Part shown: positions 29,603 through 39,710 of the stretch, in pieces | Position numbering within the stretch: position 1 is the first letter of the stretch | Layout: each line of letters begins with the position of its first letter | From: a virus | Virus record (IMG/VR): IMGVR_UViG_2802429014_000001 | Length of the DNA stretch: 64,000 bases | Reading direction: 5' to 3' (one strand) | The notes under the pieces: generated by a model | What the model was told of the DNA's origin: nothing | What the model saw: only the letters and a program-made list of their open reading frames with translations | Database searches by the model: none | Position numbers and translations under genes: made by a program

Positions 29603-30090
29603 GCTGACACCTCGGCGGCTGCCGGGGCCTTGTCCTCGGTGCGAGCCACATGGGCAGCTGGCGCGGTGGCGAGAACTCGCCGCGCCGGAGGATCTGCCAG
29701 GTAGTCGATGGCCCGTCGCAACGCCTCGGGTCCGTATCGGCCAATGACGACGTGGTTGCATGTCGTGCACAGCAGGCCGCGCACAGCTTCGCGTGTGTTC
29801 CCGAGCTTGTGGTCATGGTCGACGGCTAGCCGCTTCGTGATGCCCTTGGCCCGTCCGCAGATGGCGCAGGCGCCGCCCTGCACGGCCAGAATCGCTTCGT
29901 ATTCGGTCTCCGTGATGCCGTAGGTGTTCTCGACCATCCGGCCATGGTTCTTGCGGCGGACGGCCTTCTGGCGGGCCCTGCGGTGCGTTTCGCAGCGGGG
30001 GCCGGGCCATGGGGCAGGCCGCAGTGTTGTGACGCCCTCGGCAAGGCAGTCCTTGCATTTGGGCTTCGGCTTGGACTTCGTGGTGGTCAT
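29599..30090 (-). CDS. endonuclease VII-like Holliday junction resolvase
   Basis: Start placed at MTTTKSKPK. GGACAICGR...LAVDHDH...RGLLCTTCN follows the T4 endonuclease VII pattern. Confidence 0.55.
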   Translation of the reverse strand: MTTTKSKPKPKCKDCLAEGVTTLRPAPWPGPRCETHRRARQKAVRRKNHGRMVENTYGITETEYEAILAVQGGACAICGRAKGITKRLAVDHDHKLGNTREAVRGLLCTTCNHVVIGRYGPEALRRAIDYLADPPARRVLATAPAAHVARTEDKAPAAAEVSA

Positions 30091-30352
30091 CTCAATCCCT
30101 TCGATGGTGGTTGTTAACTGACTTCTGGGCTTTGCAGGGGTGGAGGTGGTGGAGGCGCCTCCACCCTGTCGACGCCCCTCCGATTCGTCTGACCTGGGCG
30201 GGGGCCTATACACGTGAATGAGTGTTATATGCATGTTTATATATATGACCAGTTAGAGACGTTTATTAGGGTGACCTTGGCGGGGGCAAGTGGAGGCGGC
30301 GGGGGCAGTGATGTGGTGGAGGCGCCTCCACCACCTCCGGTGTTTGCTGGAG

Positions 30353-32020
30353 TCATGACCAGGCCCACCGATCAGCACGACCATTGGCGGCAATGACATG
30401 GGCCTTGCTGTCGTGCTGTAGGAACACGAGCGCCTGCTCCGTGAACGGCTGTAGCCGCTTGGTGAGCTTGTGGCGTATCTCGCGGGCGGTGTAGCCGTCA
30501 TCCCCGGCCTTCTCCAGCAGCTCGGACACCTTCGCGATGCACCGAGCCATCAGCGCCCCGTCTTCGACCGCCTTCTCGATGTCAGCCGCCGACTTGGCCA
30601 CACCTTGCAGGCGCCCTTTCTGGCGCGCCTCTTCGGCTTCGGAAGCCGCCAGCTGGTCGAGCACCCATTGGCGCACCGCGTCGGACACCGCCGCCGCGAC
30701 CCCGGATAGACGCCAGTCCTGCGAATCCATCGCCGATCGGCCGTCTAGGATGGCCAAGGCGTAGGCGAACTTCTCGCGGGCGAATAAGGCATGCGAATTG
30801 AGTGCCGCCGTCTCACCGCGCGCCTGGGAGGCCCGCGTGGTCACAATCAGGCCCTCGCACTCCGATGGCACCCGCAGGGTGGTCGGATACTGCCAATCGG
30901 TCAGCCGTGGCAGATGCAAGGCCCCGTTGAATGTGGGCCGCACCGCCGCGATACGCGGGTCGGTCGCCGGGAACCACATAAACCGCTGCGGTGTCCCGCC
31001 ATCGGCGTCGGCGAACATGGCCCGCGTCCGGCCCGGCTGGGCGGCACACACCAGCGTCATCCGATACGAGTGCGCCGGAAGCACCGGCAGCCGATTGCCT
31101 TTCCGGTACGCAAAGCCCAGCGAGCCGCCCGTGAACGCCGACCGCAGGATCGGCATCACCGTCGAACCGCTGCGCCCGGCCACCGCCGAATACGAGTCAA
31201 TCTCATCGACAGAGAACAGAATCGAGCGGTGACCCGCCGCCGGGTCCTTGACCGTGCCGTCGTCGTTGCGCTCGCCGAAGGCCTCGATAAGGCCCTCGCC
31301 GCTGCCCAGGTTCAGCGTCTTGACCTGATGCGGTATCAGCTCTTCGGCGATTTCCATCGCCGTTGACTTGCCGCCGCCGGATTCAGCGGCCAGCATCGCG
31401 AACCAGTTCAGTGAGCCGCCACGGGAACCGATGATGGCGGGCAGCTTGATATGTGGATCGACCAGCGCCAGAGCCCGTGCCGCGCAGCAGGCCAGCACTG
31501 CCCACGGTGAACACATGCCGGCAAGGGCAGCGGTATACACCGTGCTCAGCGACGTGCGGGACTGCCAAAAGTCGCCCTCGTAGTCGCGTACGTCAATCCG
31601 CGGTGGTTCGGTCGGAGGCGGCACGTCGACCGGCGCCGTCATCGCATAGCTGGTGTTCTCGGCGTACCGGGGCTGCTGCTTACCCGACTCCAAGCCGCTG
31701 CGGATGGTGCGCTCAATCTCGCGGTCCGTCATCGGCGTTCCCGCCGTCGACCGCGCCGCCGCCGTCAACGAGTCGATTACCTCGAGTTCGTCAAGCCCGT
31801 GCGGCACGAGCTGGCCGAGGTTGAACGCCGAAATGTTCAGCTGGTCATTGCGTCTGCCTTCCCCGGTGGAGGCCATCTCCACCATTTCCTGCTCAAGAGC
31901 CGCCCGATAGTAGGGGGCGGTGTCGCGGGTCGTGGTCGCCGTGCGGGGCATCGGGCGGCGCTCCGGCTTGAGCCCGATACCAAGGCGTTCCATGTTCTCG
32001 AATAGGTCATCACCGCTCAC
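30353..32020 (-). CDS. P-loop NTPase (helicase/primase-associated)
   Basis: Walker A ESGGGKST; 555 aa in the replication module. Confidence 0.45.
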   Translation of the reverse strand: MSGDDLFENMERLGIGLKPERRPMPRTATTTRDTAPYYRAALEQEMVEMASTGEGRRNDQLNISAFNLGQLVPHGLDELEVIDSLTAAARSTAGTPMTDREIERTIRSGLESGKQQPRYAENTSYAMTAPVDVPPPTEPPRIDVRDYEGDFWQSRTSLSTVYTAALAGMCSPWAVLACCAARALALVDPHIKLPAIIGSRGGSLNWFAMLAAESGGGKSTAMEIAEELIPHQVKTLNLGSGEGLIEAFGERNDDGTVKDPAAGHRSILFSVDEIDSYSAVAGRSGSTVMPILRSAFTGGSLGFAYRKGNRLPVLPAHSYRMTLVCAAQPGRTRAMFADADGGTPQRFMWFPATDPRIAAVRPTFNGALHLPRLTDWQYPTTLRVPSECEGLIVTTRASQARGETAALNSHALFAREKFAYALAILDGRSAMDSQDWRLSGVAAAVSDAVRQWVLDQLAASEAEEARQKGRLQGVAKSAADIEKAVEDGALMARCIAKVSELLEKAGDDGYTAREIRHKLTKRLQPFTEQALVFLQHDSKAHVIAANGRADRWAWS

Positions 32021-32586
32021 AGGCCTTCAACCCCGCGAATCGCATCGACCAGCCACTCCGGATGCACGTCGGCGCCGCGCTGCGGCACTTGCACCGGCAG
32101 ATCCGGATTACTGCCAGCCCATCGGCTGAGCATCTCGCGCTGCCACGGCTGTAACTCTGGTGCGCCGTCCCATATCCCTAACTCGATAAGGGCGTTGTAG
32201 GTGTTGGCGATGCTGCGGTACGCCCGTCTCATCGGGTCACTAAGTCTCGCAAACGAATCCGCCACACGGCCGCGACCCATCGAGTACCGCATCGGCCAGC
32301 GATACCGGTCGTGCCAGCGGTACCGGATGCGTTGCGGCCCTGTGGCGAACGCGCCGGGGCAGCGCAGTGAGCGCCCATGGTGGTGCTGGTCATATTCGCC
32401 GAGGTGCTCATAGTCGATGCCAGTCCACGGGGAGCCGTGCCAGGCGCCTCTACATAGGGCGCACCGGTCCAGGGCGCCGACTGCCGCCTCGGTGCGCTCG
32501 ATGGCGGCGCATTCGCCGCCCGCCATCTGCTCATCGACCAGCGCGTCGATAGCGTCCAGCACCGACTGTTCCGGCTTCGCGCTCAT
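32017..32586 (-). CDS. hypothetical protein
   Basis: Start placed at MSAKPEQS. Confidence 0.3.
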   Translation of the reverse strand: MSAKPEQSVLDAIDALVDEQMAGGECAAIERTEAAVGALDRCALCRGAWHGSPWTGIDYEHLGEYDQHHHGRSLRCPGAFATGPQRIRYRWHDRYRWPMRYSMGRGRVADSFARLSDPMRRAYRSIANTYNALIELGIWDGAPELQPWQREMLSRWAGSNPDLPVQVPQRGADVHPEWLVDAIRGVEGL

Positions 32587-32852
32587 CGCTCCAATTCCTC
32601 TGTCGTGTAGATGTGTTCGGCTGTCGCGCAGGGAAAGTCCCGCCAGTAGTAGCCGCTGGAGCACTCAACGCACTTTCGCCAATCTGGCGATAGCCCGGCG
32701 TCGGCCAGCTCGCTCGGGGTCATCGGCCGGTGCAGTTTGCGAATCGACTTAGCCATCTCACGGGCAGCGGCGATTCCGACTTTCCATGCGATTTTGGAAC
32801 CCCGCCTGTCTCCCCACGCCCGTTGTGCGGCTTCGACTGCTGGATCGGTCAT
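32583..32852 (-). CDS. small protein, paralog A (DPAVEAAQRAW...AAAREMAKS...CxxC)
   Basis: Shares N-terminal DPAVEAAQR and central AAAREMAK with 32971..33249. Confidence 0.35.
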   Translation of the reverse strand: MTDPAVEAAQRAWGDRRGSKIAWKVGIAAAREMAKSIRKLHRPMTPSELADAGLSPDWRKCVECSSGYYWRDFPCATAEHIYTTEELER

Positions 32853-32970
32853 CGTTCTGGCTCCGCTCGCAACTCGCAGCTCTGTTCACATGACGACCAG
32901 TGGATATACGCACAGCTCTGGTCGGACCAGAAGACTTCCCGCCCGCAGTTGCGGCATTTGTAGTGCTGGC

Positions 32971-33249
32971 TCATAGTCCTAGTTCCTCACTTGGGTAGAC
33001 CCGTTTAGCGGTCTCACAGGGCCACATGATGTTCAGGTCGGCATGCTTCGAACATCCTCCGCAGAACTTCCTGCCACCCTTCAAGATCTGGAAAGGTGTG
33101 TGTAGTTCCTGTACCGTCTTAGCCATCTCACGGGCAGCAGCAACGAAGAAGTTCTCGTTTCCGTCATGGGCCACAGCGCTCCATGACGGGCCGAGCGGGA
33201 ACATTGCTGCCCACACCCGTTGTGCGGCTTCGACTGCTGGATCAGACAC
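32971..33249 (-). CDS. small protein, paralog B
   Basis: GTG start at VSDPAVEAAQRVW; abuts the upstream gene end. Confidence 0.35.
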   Translation of the reverse strand: MSDPAVEAAQRVWAAMFPLGPSWSAVAHDGNENFFVAAAREMAKTVQELHTPFQILKGGRKFCGGCSKHADLNIMWPCETAKRVYPSEELGL

Positions 33250-33673
33250 GTCGACCGTCCTCCCACCCCGCCAGATACGCCTTGCGCATCGCATCGTTAC
33301 CCCACTCGGGATACTTATCGTTGGGGTCGTATCCGTGGATGGAAAGCACTAGCTCGGCGTCAATCTCGGCTATACGCTCGCTGAGCGCCGATGCGTTGGT
33401 GACCCTTTCGTAGGCCTCGGCGAATACGTCCGCTCGGCACGGATGGAAACCCTTGTTATCCTTGACTATCCAAGTGGAGTCTGGGACACCCACGTAGTGC
33501 GAGTAGGTGGCTAGCTGCCCTGTGTGGTCGGGATCATCGGTGCGGTCTTCCGGTTCGATCGGCCAGAAGTCGGCGCCCCATGCGCGGATTTCGGCGTCGT
33601 TGGTGCCGTCCCACTGCACGGCCTCGACTTCGACGGGACGCTTGCGGAACCGCTGCGGTTCGGTCATCGCCAT
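33242..33673 (-). CDS. hypothetical protein
   Basis: Start placed at MAMTEPQRF. Confidence 0.3.
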   Translation of the reverse strand: MAMTEPQRFRKRPVEVEAVQWDGTNDAEIRAWGADFWPIEPEDRTDDPDHTGQLATYSHYVGVPDSTWIVKDNKGFHPCRADVFAEAYERVTNASALSERIAEIDAELVLSIHGYDPNDKYPEWGNDAMRKAYLAGWEDGRRV

Positions 33674-34161
33674 GACACCACCTCTGCGGCGAAGGCTGGA
33701 TTGCAAAGCACTGCGGGCGAACGTGTCTCGCGAAGCTGCTCGACTATTTCGGCGCCCGGCATGCCGTCGCTGAGATAGAGAGCACGCGCGACGATGAGCG
33801 AGGACCGATTCAGACCTGCCTGGCAATGCACCAGCACCGGCCCCGAATCACGGCACTCATTGACCCAACGGGCCAGCCGATCGACCTGGTCCAAGCCCTG
33901 GTCCTCGGCGTCGAACATGCGCACATACAGCTCAGAGTCGACAATGCTGTCAATGCGGTACCGCTCCCACGGATACAGCGACACAACATGTTTGATGTCC
34001 TTCGGCAGTACCAGGCCGCGTGCGCAGCCTCCCTGCCACAGGTTCGGCGTCACCTCGGTCATGTAGGGGACATCGAAGTCAATCCACCCGTGTGCCGTGG
34101 TGCCGTAGAGTCGCCGCTTACGCGGATCGGTGACTACGTCGATGCGTGTCGGATCGGTCAC
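33664..34161 (-). CDS. dual-specificity protein phosphatase
   Basis: Catalytic P-loop VHCQAGLNRS (HCxxGxxRS). Confidence 0.6.
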   Translation of the reverse strand: MTDPTRIDVVTDPRKRRLYGTTAHGWIDFDVPYMTEVTPNLWQGGCARGLVLPKDIKHVVSLYPWERYRIDSIVDSELYVRMFDAEDQGLDQVDRLARWVNECRDSGPVLVHCQAGLNRSSLIVARALYLSDGMPGAEIVEQLRETRSPAVLCNPAFAAEVVSWR

Positions 34162-34538
34162 GGCTGCACCACCGGTCCCTCAAAGACATGCCACACCAAC
34201 CCGCATGGGGTGACGACGGTTCCGATGAAGTTCCGCCACGGCTTCGGGTCTTCTTCCATGATGAAGACGTCGTTAGTGAATCCCGGGCTGTGGCGGTGCT
34301 CGTCGCGGCGGTATCTGGTATTGGCCGCGTCCCGCAGCTGCTCGGGCATCGGATTGCCCGTGCCCACAATGTAAATTCCCTTGGTCCAGCCCTCGCCATA
34401 CTCGAAGTCAAGCGACCAGAGGTCGATGAGTTGGTTGCGGTCGGTGCGCGACTGGGCCACCGACAGCAGGTCGCCGTCGTGGGGCAGCATCACCGTCTGA
34501 TAGTCGGTGATGTCGAGACTGTGCCGAATGATCCTCAT
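34158..34538 (-). CDS. hypothetical protein
   Basis: ORF translationally coupled to its neighbours. Confidence 0.3.
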   Translation of the reverse strand: MRIIRHSLDITDYQTVMLPHDGDLLSVAQSRTDRNQLIDLWSLDFEYGEGWTKGIYIVGTGNPMPEQLRDAANTRYRRDEHRHSPGFTNDVFIMEEDPKPWRNFIGTVVTPCGLVWHVFEGPVVQP

Positions 34539-35245
34539 GCCACTTTCCTTTCAGTGATGTTGTGGGCCTTGATGTCCGGTGACGGCGGCATGAGCCATTG
34601 CCAGCTCTGGTGGTCGCCGAGGGTGGACGGGGCGCCGACGACATAGCCACCCGCCCCGCGATAGTCGATGCCGGGCAGGAAGCCAGCTCGGTTGCCGCGT
34701 CCGGTGGCTTTGACGTAGAGGTGAATGCCAGCTGGTCGGCCCTCGGCGCGGTTGCCTGCGGTCACCACATAGCCGTGAACGTCGGGCAGGCTGCCCGCCT
34801 GCTCCAGCCGTGCCAGCGACTCGCGGCCACCCGGACCGGGGTCGATGTCCACCACATCGAAGGCGTGGCCGGTAGCAAGCCCAATGTTGTAGTCGGGGTT
34901 TGTGTTCCACCAGGTTTCGATGCGGCGACGGTTCGTGGTGGCGTCCTTGAATCCCTTGAGCGTGGCCGGTTCCTTGCTCCCGGCTTTGAGCGGGAACACG
35001 GGCCAGCCGAGGGCCTGGCTGTAGTACAGGGCTGAGCCGCGCAGGGTGGGCCGTTCGGCGGCGTCGATGGTCGCGGCCAGCTCGTCGGCGCGTGCGTCGT
35101 CACCGGCCTGCACAGCGGCCAGGAACTCGGTGCACTGAATGTCGACGGCGGTCGGCTTCGGCTCGCACGTCGGATGCACCGTGTCGTCAATGCTGGTGAC
35201 TAACATGGCCTCACCGCAGTCGCGGCATGTGCTGAACAACCTCAT
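34535..35245 (-). CDS. primase-polymerase (Prim-Pol) domain protein
   Basis: ALGWPVFPLKAGSKEP, KGFKDATTN, DVVDIDP and IDYRGAGGYVVGAPS match the bifunctional primase/polymerase N-terminal domain. Confidence 0.6.
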   Translation of the reverse strand: MRLFSTCRDCGEAMLVTSIDDTVHPTCEPKPTAVDIQCTEFLAAVQAGDDARADELAATIDAAERPTLRGSALYYSQALGWPVFPLKAGSKEPATLKGFKDATTNRRRIETWWNTNPDYNIGLATGHAFDVVDIDPGPGGRESLARLEQAGSLPDVHGYVVTAGNRAEGRPAGIHLYVKATGRGNRAGFLPGIDYRGAGGYVVGAPSTLGDHQSWQWLMPPSPDIKAHNITERKVA

Positions 35246-35520
35246 GCGACGGCCTCGACGCGAAACTGGCCGTCGATGTTGTAGCCGATACGCCACGTGC
35301 GGCCCAGCGGCGTGACGCGCACCACGGGGCGGTCGATGGTGGCCACGCGGTCGTTGCGATGGGACACAGGCGACCGCACGACACCCAACGCGCCCTCGGG
35401 GGGGATCACATCACCGCCGGGTGAGCCGTTCCACGACACCCGGTAGAAGGCGCCATCTATCTTGCGGGCGACGCACCGATTCTCGGATGGGTCGCGCATC
35501 TCGTGCTGTGCCATGGTCAC
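35242..35520 (-). CDS. hypothetical protein
   Basis: ATGA coupling to its neighbours. Confidence 0.3.
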   Translation of the reverse strand: MTMAQHEMRDPSENRCVARKIDGAFYRVSWNGSPGGDVIPPEGALGVVRSPVSHRNDRVATIDRPVVRVTPLGRTWRIGYNIDGQFRVEAVA

Positions 35521-36767
35521 TGTCCCTTCACGTTCATGACCTGGCGCAGCTCGGCGACGACCTCAACCAGCTCGGCGGCGTCGTCCATCACAACGTCAAT
35601 GTCCTTGTACGCCTGCGGAATCTCGTCCACCCACGCCTCACCGTGCCGGTACTCGATACCGACCATGGCCTTGGCCAAGTCGTCGGCGGTGAACAGCTCG
35701 CGGGCCTTGGTACGCGAGAACCGGCGTCCGGCGCCGTGCGGTGCTGAATACAGGCCTGCCGGGTTGCCCTTGCCGCGCACCACATACGAGCGGGTGCCCA
35801 TCGAGCCGGGGATGACGCCCATAACACCCTCATTGGCGTCGATAGCGCCCTTGCGGGTCAGCCACACATCGACGTTCCCGATCTTCTGCCGGGCGGTGTA
35901 GTTGTGGTGGCAGTTGATGCGCTCGACCTCGATACTGGCCATCGCGGCGGCATTGGTCGGGTCGGCGCCCATCCAGTGCGCGAATGCCCGCAGAAAGCGA
36001 TCCATCATTTCGGCGCGGTTGTACAGGGCGAACCGCTGCGCCCAAATCAATTCCTTGATGTACGACTTGAATTCGTCAGTGCCCTCGGCCAGGTAGGCGA
36101 GGTCACGGTTCGGCAGATCGATCCAGTAGCGCTTGCACAAGTCCTGAGCCACCTTGATGTGCTTCTGGGCGATCTTGTTGCCGACACCGCGCGAGCCGGA
36201 GTGCAGGAATAGCCACACCCGCTCGTAGTTGTCGACGCACAGTTCGATGAAATGGTTGCCGCCGCCGAGGCTGCCCAGCTGCTCGCGCCACTTCGGCGAG
36301 TGCGACAGATCAACGTCGTACTTGGCCATGCGCTCAAGATCAGCGATCTTCTCGGCAGTGAAGTCGAACCGGTCCAGGCTCCGGTTGTAGTTGCCTGGGG
36401 ACAGCGGGATGGCCGACTCCACCGAGGCGCGCAGCTTCGATAAGTCGCGGCCGTCGATGTGGGCACGGACGTAGGCGGTGCGCACCGCGATCATGCCGCA
36501 CCCGATGTCTACACCGACCGCTGCCGGGATGACAGCGCCGACTGTGGGGATGACGGTGCCGACCGCCGAGCCCTTGCCGCTGTGTGCATCCGGCATGAGC
36601 GCAACGTGCGGGTGGATGAACGGCATAGAGGCCGTTTCCTTGGCCTGCTCGATGGTGTTGGCGTCGATCTGGCTGGCGAAGTTCAACAGGTTGTGGCCGG
36701 GGATGCGATTCACTGAGGTTGCCTCTCTGGTGGTTTCTGGACGGCTGGCGGCGGGGCAGGGGGACAC
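35517..36767 (-). CDS. rtcB: RtcB-family RNA ligase
   Basis: MPDAHSGKGSAVGTV, GCGM and a C-terminal GSRGVGN; 416 aa. Confidence 0.7.
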   Translation of the reverse strand: MSPCPAASRPETTREATSVNRIPGHNLLNFASQIDANTIEQAKETASMPFIHPHVALMPDAHSGKGSAVGTVIPTVGAVIPAAVGVDIGCGMIAVRTAYVRAHIDGRDLSKLRASVESAIPLSPGNYNRSLDRFDFTAEKIADLERMAKYDVDLSHSPKWREQLGSLGGGNHFIELCVDNYERVWLFLHSGSRGVGNKIAQKHIKVAQDLCKRYWIDLPNRDLAYLAEGTDEFKSYIKELIWAQRFALYNRAEMMDRFLRAFAHWMGADPTNAAAMASIEVERINCHHNYTARQKIGNVDVWLTRKGAIDANEGVMGVIPGSMGTRSYVVRGKGNPAGLYSAPHGAGRRFSRTKARELFTADDLAKAMVGIEYRHGEAWVDEIPQAYKDIDVVMDDAAELVEVVAELRQVMNVKGQ

Positions 36768-36785
36768 CCGCCGCCAGCCGCCGCC

Positions 36786-37646
36786 TTACTTGACGGGGAT
36801 GGTGGGGACGGGGGTTGTGGGCCAGCACAGAAGCGCCAAGCCCTTCTCGCGGGCGATGTCCAAGCACTTCGACACCAAGACGTTGGGGTCGCGCGAGACC
36901 GAAGCAGCCAAGTTGGCGTTGGCTGCCGCCTGCGCCAGGGCCGTCATCTTGGCCTGCTCGGCTACAGCGGTCGCCGCCCGCTCTTGGTTCAGCTGGTTGA
37001 TCTTCTGCTCAGTGCCGTCGTCGTAGTCGATGGTGGGCACCGCGACATCCAGAATCTCGACCTGACTGCCGACCTTCGCGGCCAGAATGTTCTTCGCCTG
37101 CGTCGACAGCTCGGGCAGCGGTGAACGGTCAAGGTTCTTCGGCGCCAGAGGATCGAACGTTGCGAACACCTCATTGAGGGCAACCTGTAGGTTGCGGGTC
37201 ACCAGATTGATGCGCACGTTGTCGAATGTCTTGTATTGCAAGAACAATTCGGGTGCTGCGTCCGGCTTGATCTGCCAGCGCACCGACACGTCAGCGTCCG
37301 CCGTCGAGCTGTTGCCCAGCCGGACCTTGATACGTCCACCGTCCTTGTGCTGGTCGATCTGCACGGCGCCGTCCATCTCGGTCACCGAGGTGACCGGCGA
37401 CTTGAGATGCAGGCCGTTGGTGAGCGTCGTGCCAGTGGGTCGGCCGAACTTCGTCTCGATGCCGATCTGACGCGTGCCAACGACGGTCGTCGCGGCGAAC
37501 GCGAAGAACACCAGGCCGACAACTCCGGCGACAATCGCGCCTGCGAAGCTCACCGCGCGCTCTTCATTGCGGGCGAATAGGCCGATGATCACGCCAATGA
37601 CGGCGAGCACCGCCAGGACGATGAAAATCCACATGGATACGGGCAT
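36786..37646 (-). CDS. SPFH/band-7 (prohibitin-like) membrane protein
   Basis: N-terminal TM followed by an SPFH-like body (GIETKFGRPTG...VRWQIKPDAAPELFLQYK). Confidence 0.5.
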   Translation of the reverse strand: MPVSMWIFIVLAVLAVIGVIIGLFARNEERAVSFAGAIVAGVVGLVFFAFAATTVVGTRQIGIETKFGRPTGTTLTNGLHLKSPVTSVTEMDGAVQIDQHKDGGRIKVRLGNSSTADADVSVRWQIKPDAAPELFLQYKTFDNVRINLVTRNLQVALNEVFATFDPLAPKNLDRSPLPELSTQAKNILAAKVGSQVEILDVAVPTIDYDDGTEQKINQLNQERAATAVAEQAKMTALAQAAANANLAASVSRDPNVLVSKCLDIAREKGLALLCWPTTPVPTIPVK

Positions 37647-37774
37647 TGGTTAAATCCTTTCTATGCCTTGGAATTTGGGAGTGCTGGTGACATGGGCCAA
37701 TCTGAAGGTCCGCGCCCAATGCCTGCATTAGCGCGCTGGCCCATGTCCTCACCGCAGGCGCGACCAGCGGTCGA

Positions 37775-38242
37775 TCAGAACGGCGGGGTGGAATCGTCGG
37801 CGGTGCCACCGAATCCAGCACTGGCGGTCGCAGGCGCAGCCACGGGTCCACCGGCACCGCGCTTGATCTTGATGCCGTATTCCTTGAGGGTGTTGCCGTT
37901 GTTGGGCAGCACCCGAACGTCCACCAGCACAATGCGGATCAGGTCGCCCGGTGCCGGATCAGTGGCCTTAATGCCGCGCTTCAACTGCACCTGGCTGCAC
38001 GTCAGCGATACCAGCTCACCAGCCGGGTAGTCGGTGCGCTTGCCCAGCTTGTCAAATGATGCTGCCGGTTCGATCAGTTCGATGGTGACCTGTGGGCAGG
38101 CGTTGCCCTTGGTGTCTTCGCCTGCGGCGTCGCCGTACTCGATGACTTTGCCGGTGACGTGCTGGCCCTTTTCGTTACCCCACCCGATGAATGCGCCCTT
38201 CGGGATTTCAATATCTTCGGCGGCGTCCCAGTTCTCGGACAT
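37775..38242 (-). CDS. hypothetical protein
   Basis: Start placed at MSENWDAAED. Confidence 0.3.
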   Translation of the reverse strand: MSENWDAAEDIEIPKGAFIGWGNEKGQHVTGKVIEYGDAAGEDTKGNACPQVTIELIEPAASFDKLGKRTDYPAGELVSLTCSQVQLKRGIKATDPAPGDLIRIVLVDVRVLPNNGNTLKEYGIKIKRGAGGPVAAPATASAGFGGTADDSTPPF

Positions 38243-38261
38243 GTATGTGTATTCCCTTCTG

Positions 38262-39317
38262 TTACTTACTGGTTGGTGCCAACAACTGTTGGCGTTCAAG
38301 GCATGCCGCCTTGAGGTCTTCGGTTAACTCGCCGCGCTCGACGGCTTCTTTCCAGAGGTCGCGCAGGGCATCGAGGTTGGCGCACAAGCCAACCCGGTCC
38401 ATGAGCGGCACCTCGGGGCCAAGCTCGATGAGTCGCCCCAGGGTCGCCAGCTTGCGGCGCAAACCCTTCTGATGCTTGTCGCGGGCCACCTTGCAGTCGG
38501 CCCAGCCCTTAGTCAGGTCAGCCCAAAACAGTTCGCACCTGGCTTGTTTCATCGGCAGGTGGATGACGATGCCGCGCTTCTGGTCAACCGGTTCGCCGTC
38601 CAATCTCACCTCGGCCTGCGGGTCGTAGGGTTGGCTGCGCGAGTACATCGCTAGCTGCGCCTCGACCATCCGGGGATGCAGGGTGCCCGTCTTGAGGTCG
38701 ACAATCTTCGGTCGGCCCTGACGCTTACCGTTGGCGCTGTAGCTCGACACCCGGTCCGGCGTGCCCGCCACCCGGTAGGGGTCGAAGACGTGCATCTGCT
38801 CGGCTGCGTGATGGGTGAGGCAGCGCGTAGCCATCCGATAGGCCTCCACGTCGCGGTTCACCTCGGCGACCGGAACCGGCTCCAGCTGCTTGGTGTTTTC
38901 GTTCCACCACTGGCGGGGCATCATGTCGCCCTTGTCGATGGCGTCGGTGATCTGGTGGAGCATCGAGCCCCATTCCTGCTTCTCGTCGCGGCCCGCCAGC
39001 CGTGCTGCGCGCCGGGCGATGTCGGACAGTTCGCGCGGCTCACCCATCCACGCCATCAGCTCTTTACGTAGCTCCGGCGACATCACCAGACCGGCCAAGG
39101 TGAGGCGTTCGGTCCAGATGCGCAGGCCTTCGCCGCCGTCCTCCAGCTGGTCAATGAAGTTGGTGGTGCGCTGGTACGGGTAGCGCTTGCTGCCGTCCTC
39201 GGCCATGATCAACGGCTGGTTGTTGCCGTTGCGGTACACGCCGAAGTAGTCCCGCTCCGGGCCGGGCTCAACGTCCGGTACCGAGTCCCAATCGATTTCG
39301 GCGGTCATCAGAAGCAC
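38262..39317 (-). CDS. RecB-family PD-(D/E)xK exonuclease (Cas4-like)
   Basis: AGTPDRV (motif II) and IVDLKTG (motif III, hhDxKTG). Confidence 0.5.
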   Translation of the reverse strand: MLLMTAEIDWDSVPDVEPGPERDYFGVYRNGNNQPLIMAEDGSKRYPYQRTTNFIDQLEDGGEGLRIWTERLTLAGLVMSPELRKELMAWMGEPRELSDIARRAARLAGRDEKQEWGSMLHQITDAIDKGDMMPRQWWNENTKQLEPVPVAEVNRDVEAYRMATRCLTHHAAEQMHVFDPYRVAGTPDRVSSYSANGKRQGRPKIVDLKTGTLHPRMVEAQLAMYSRSQPYDPQAEVRLDGEPVDQKRGIVIHLPMKQARCELFWADLTKGWADCKVARDKHQKGLRRKLATLGRLIELGPEVPLMDRVGLCANLDALRDLWKEAVERGELTEDLKAACLERQQLLAPTSK

Positions 39318-39541
39318 CCGCCAGCGTGTTCAAGGCGGCGGTCGGGGCACACCGATACCAGCGCCGCGTCGGCCTCGGCGTCGACATCGATATCGCACTT
39401 GACGTGCTCGTAGTGACCGCCGACAGCCCGGCGGATGCGCTCGCCAGGGAAGATGTCTTCGCCGCACTTGCCGCAGACGCCACGGTGTGCCGCCCTGAAT
39501 CCGTCATCGAACTCGACGGTTTCCCAATCGATTCCGCTCAC
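39308..39541 (-). CDS. small zinc-ribbon protein
   Basis: CGKCGE...HYEHVKC. Confidence 0.3.
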   Translation of the reverse strand: MSGIDWETVEFDDGFRAAHRGVCGKCGEDIFPGERIRRAVGGHYEHVKCDIDVDAEADAALVSVCPDRRLEHAGGCF

Positions 39542-39710
39542 TCCGTGCCCCCCTCAAATTTGATGCACTCGCACGGCTCAAAGATTTGGAAGTCGTCGCC
39601 GCGTGGGACCTCCGCTGTTGTCACCCAAGCCCCCTCCTTGCAGAATGGATTTGATTCCGTGGAGTTGTGATCGCTGCGATGGTGTCCGCAGGCGCATGTC
39701 AGGTTGTCGC

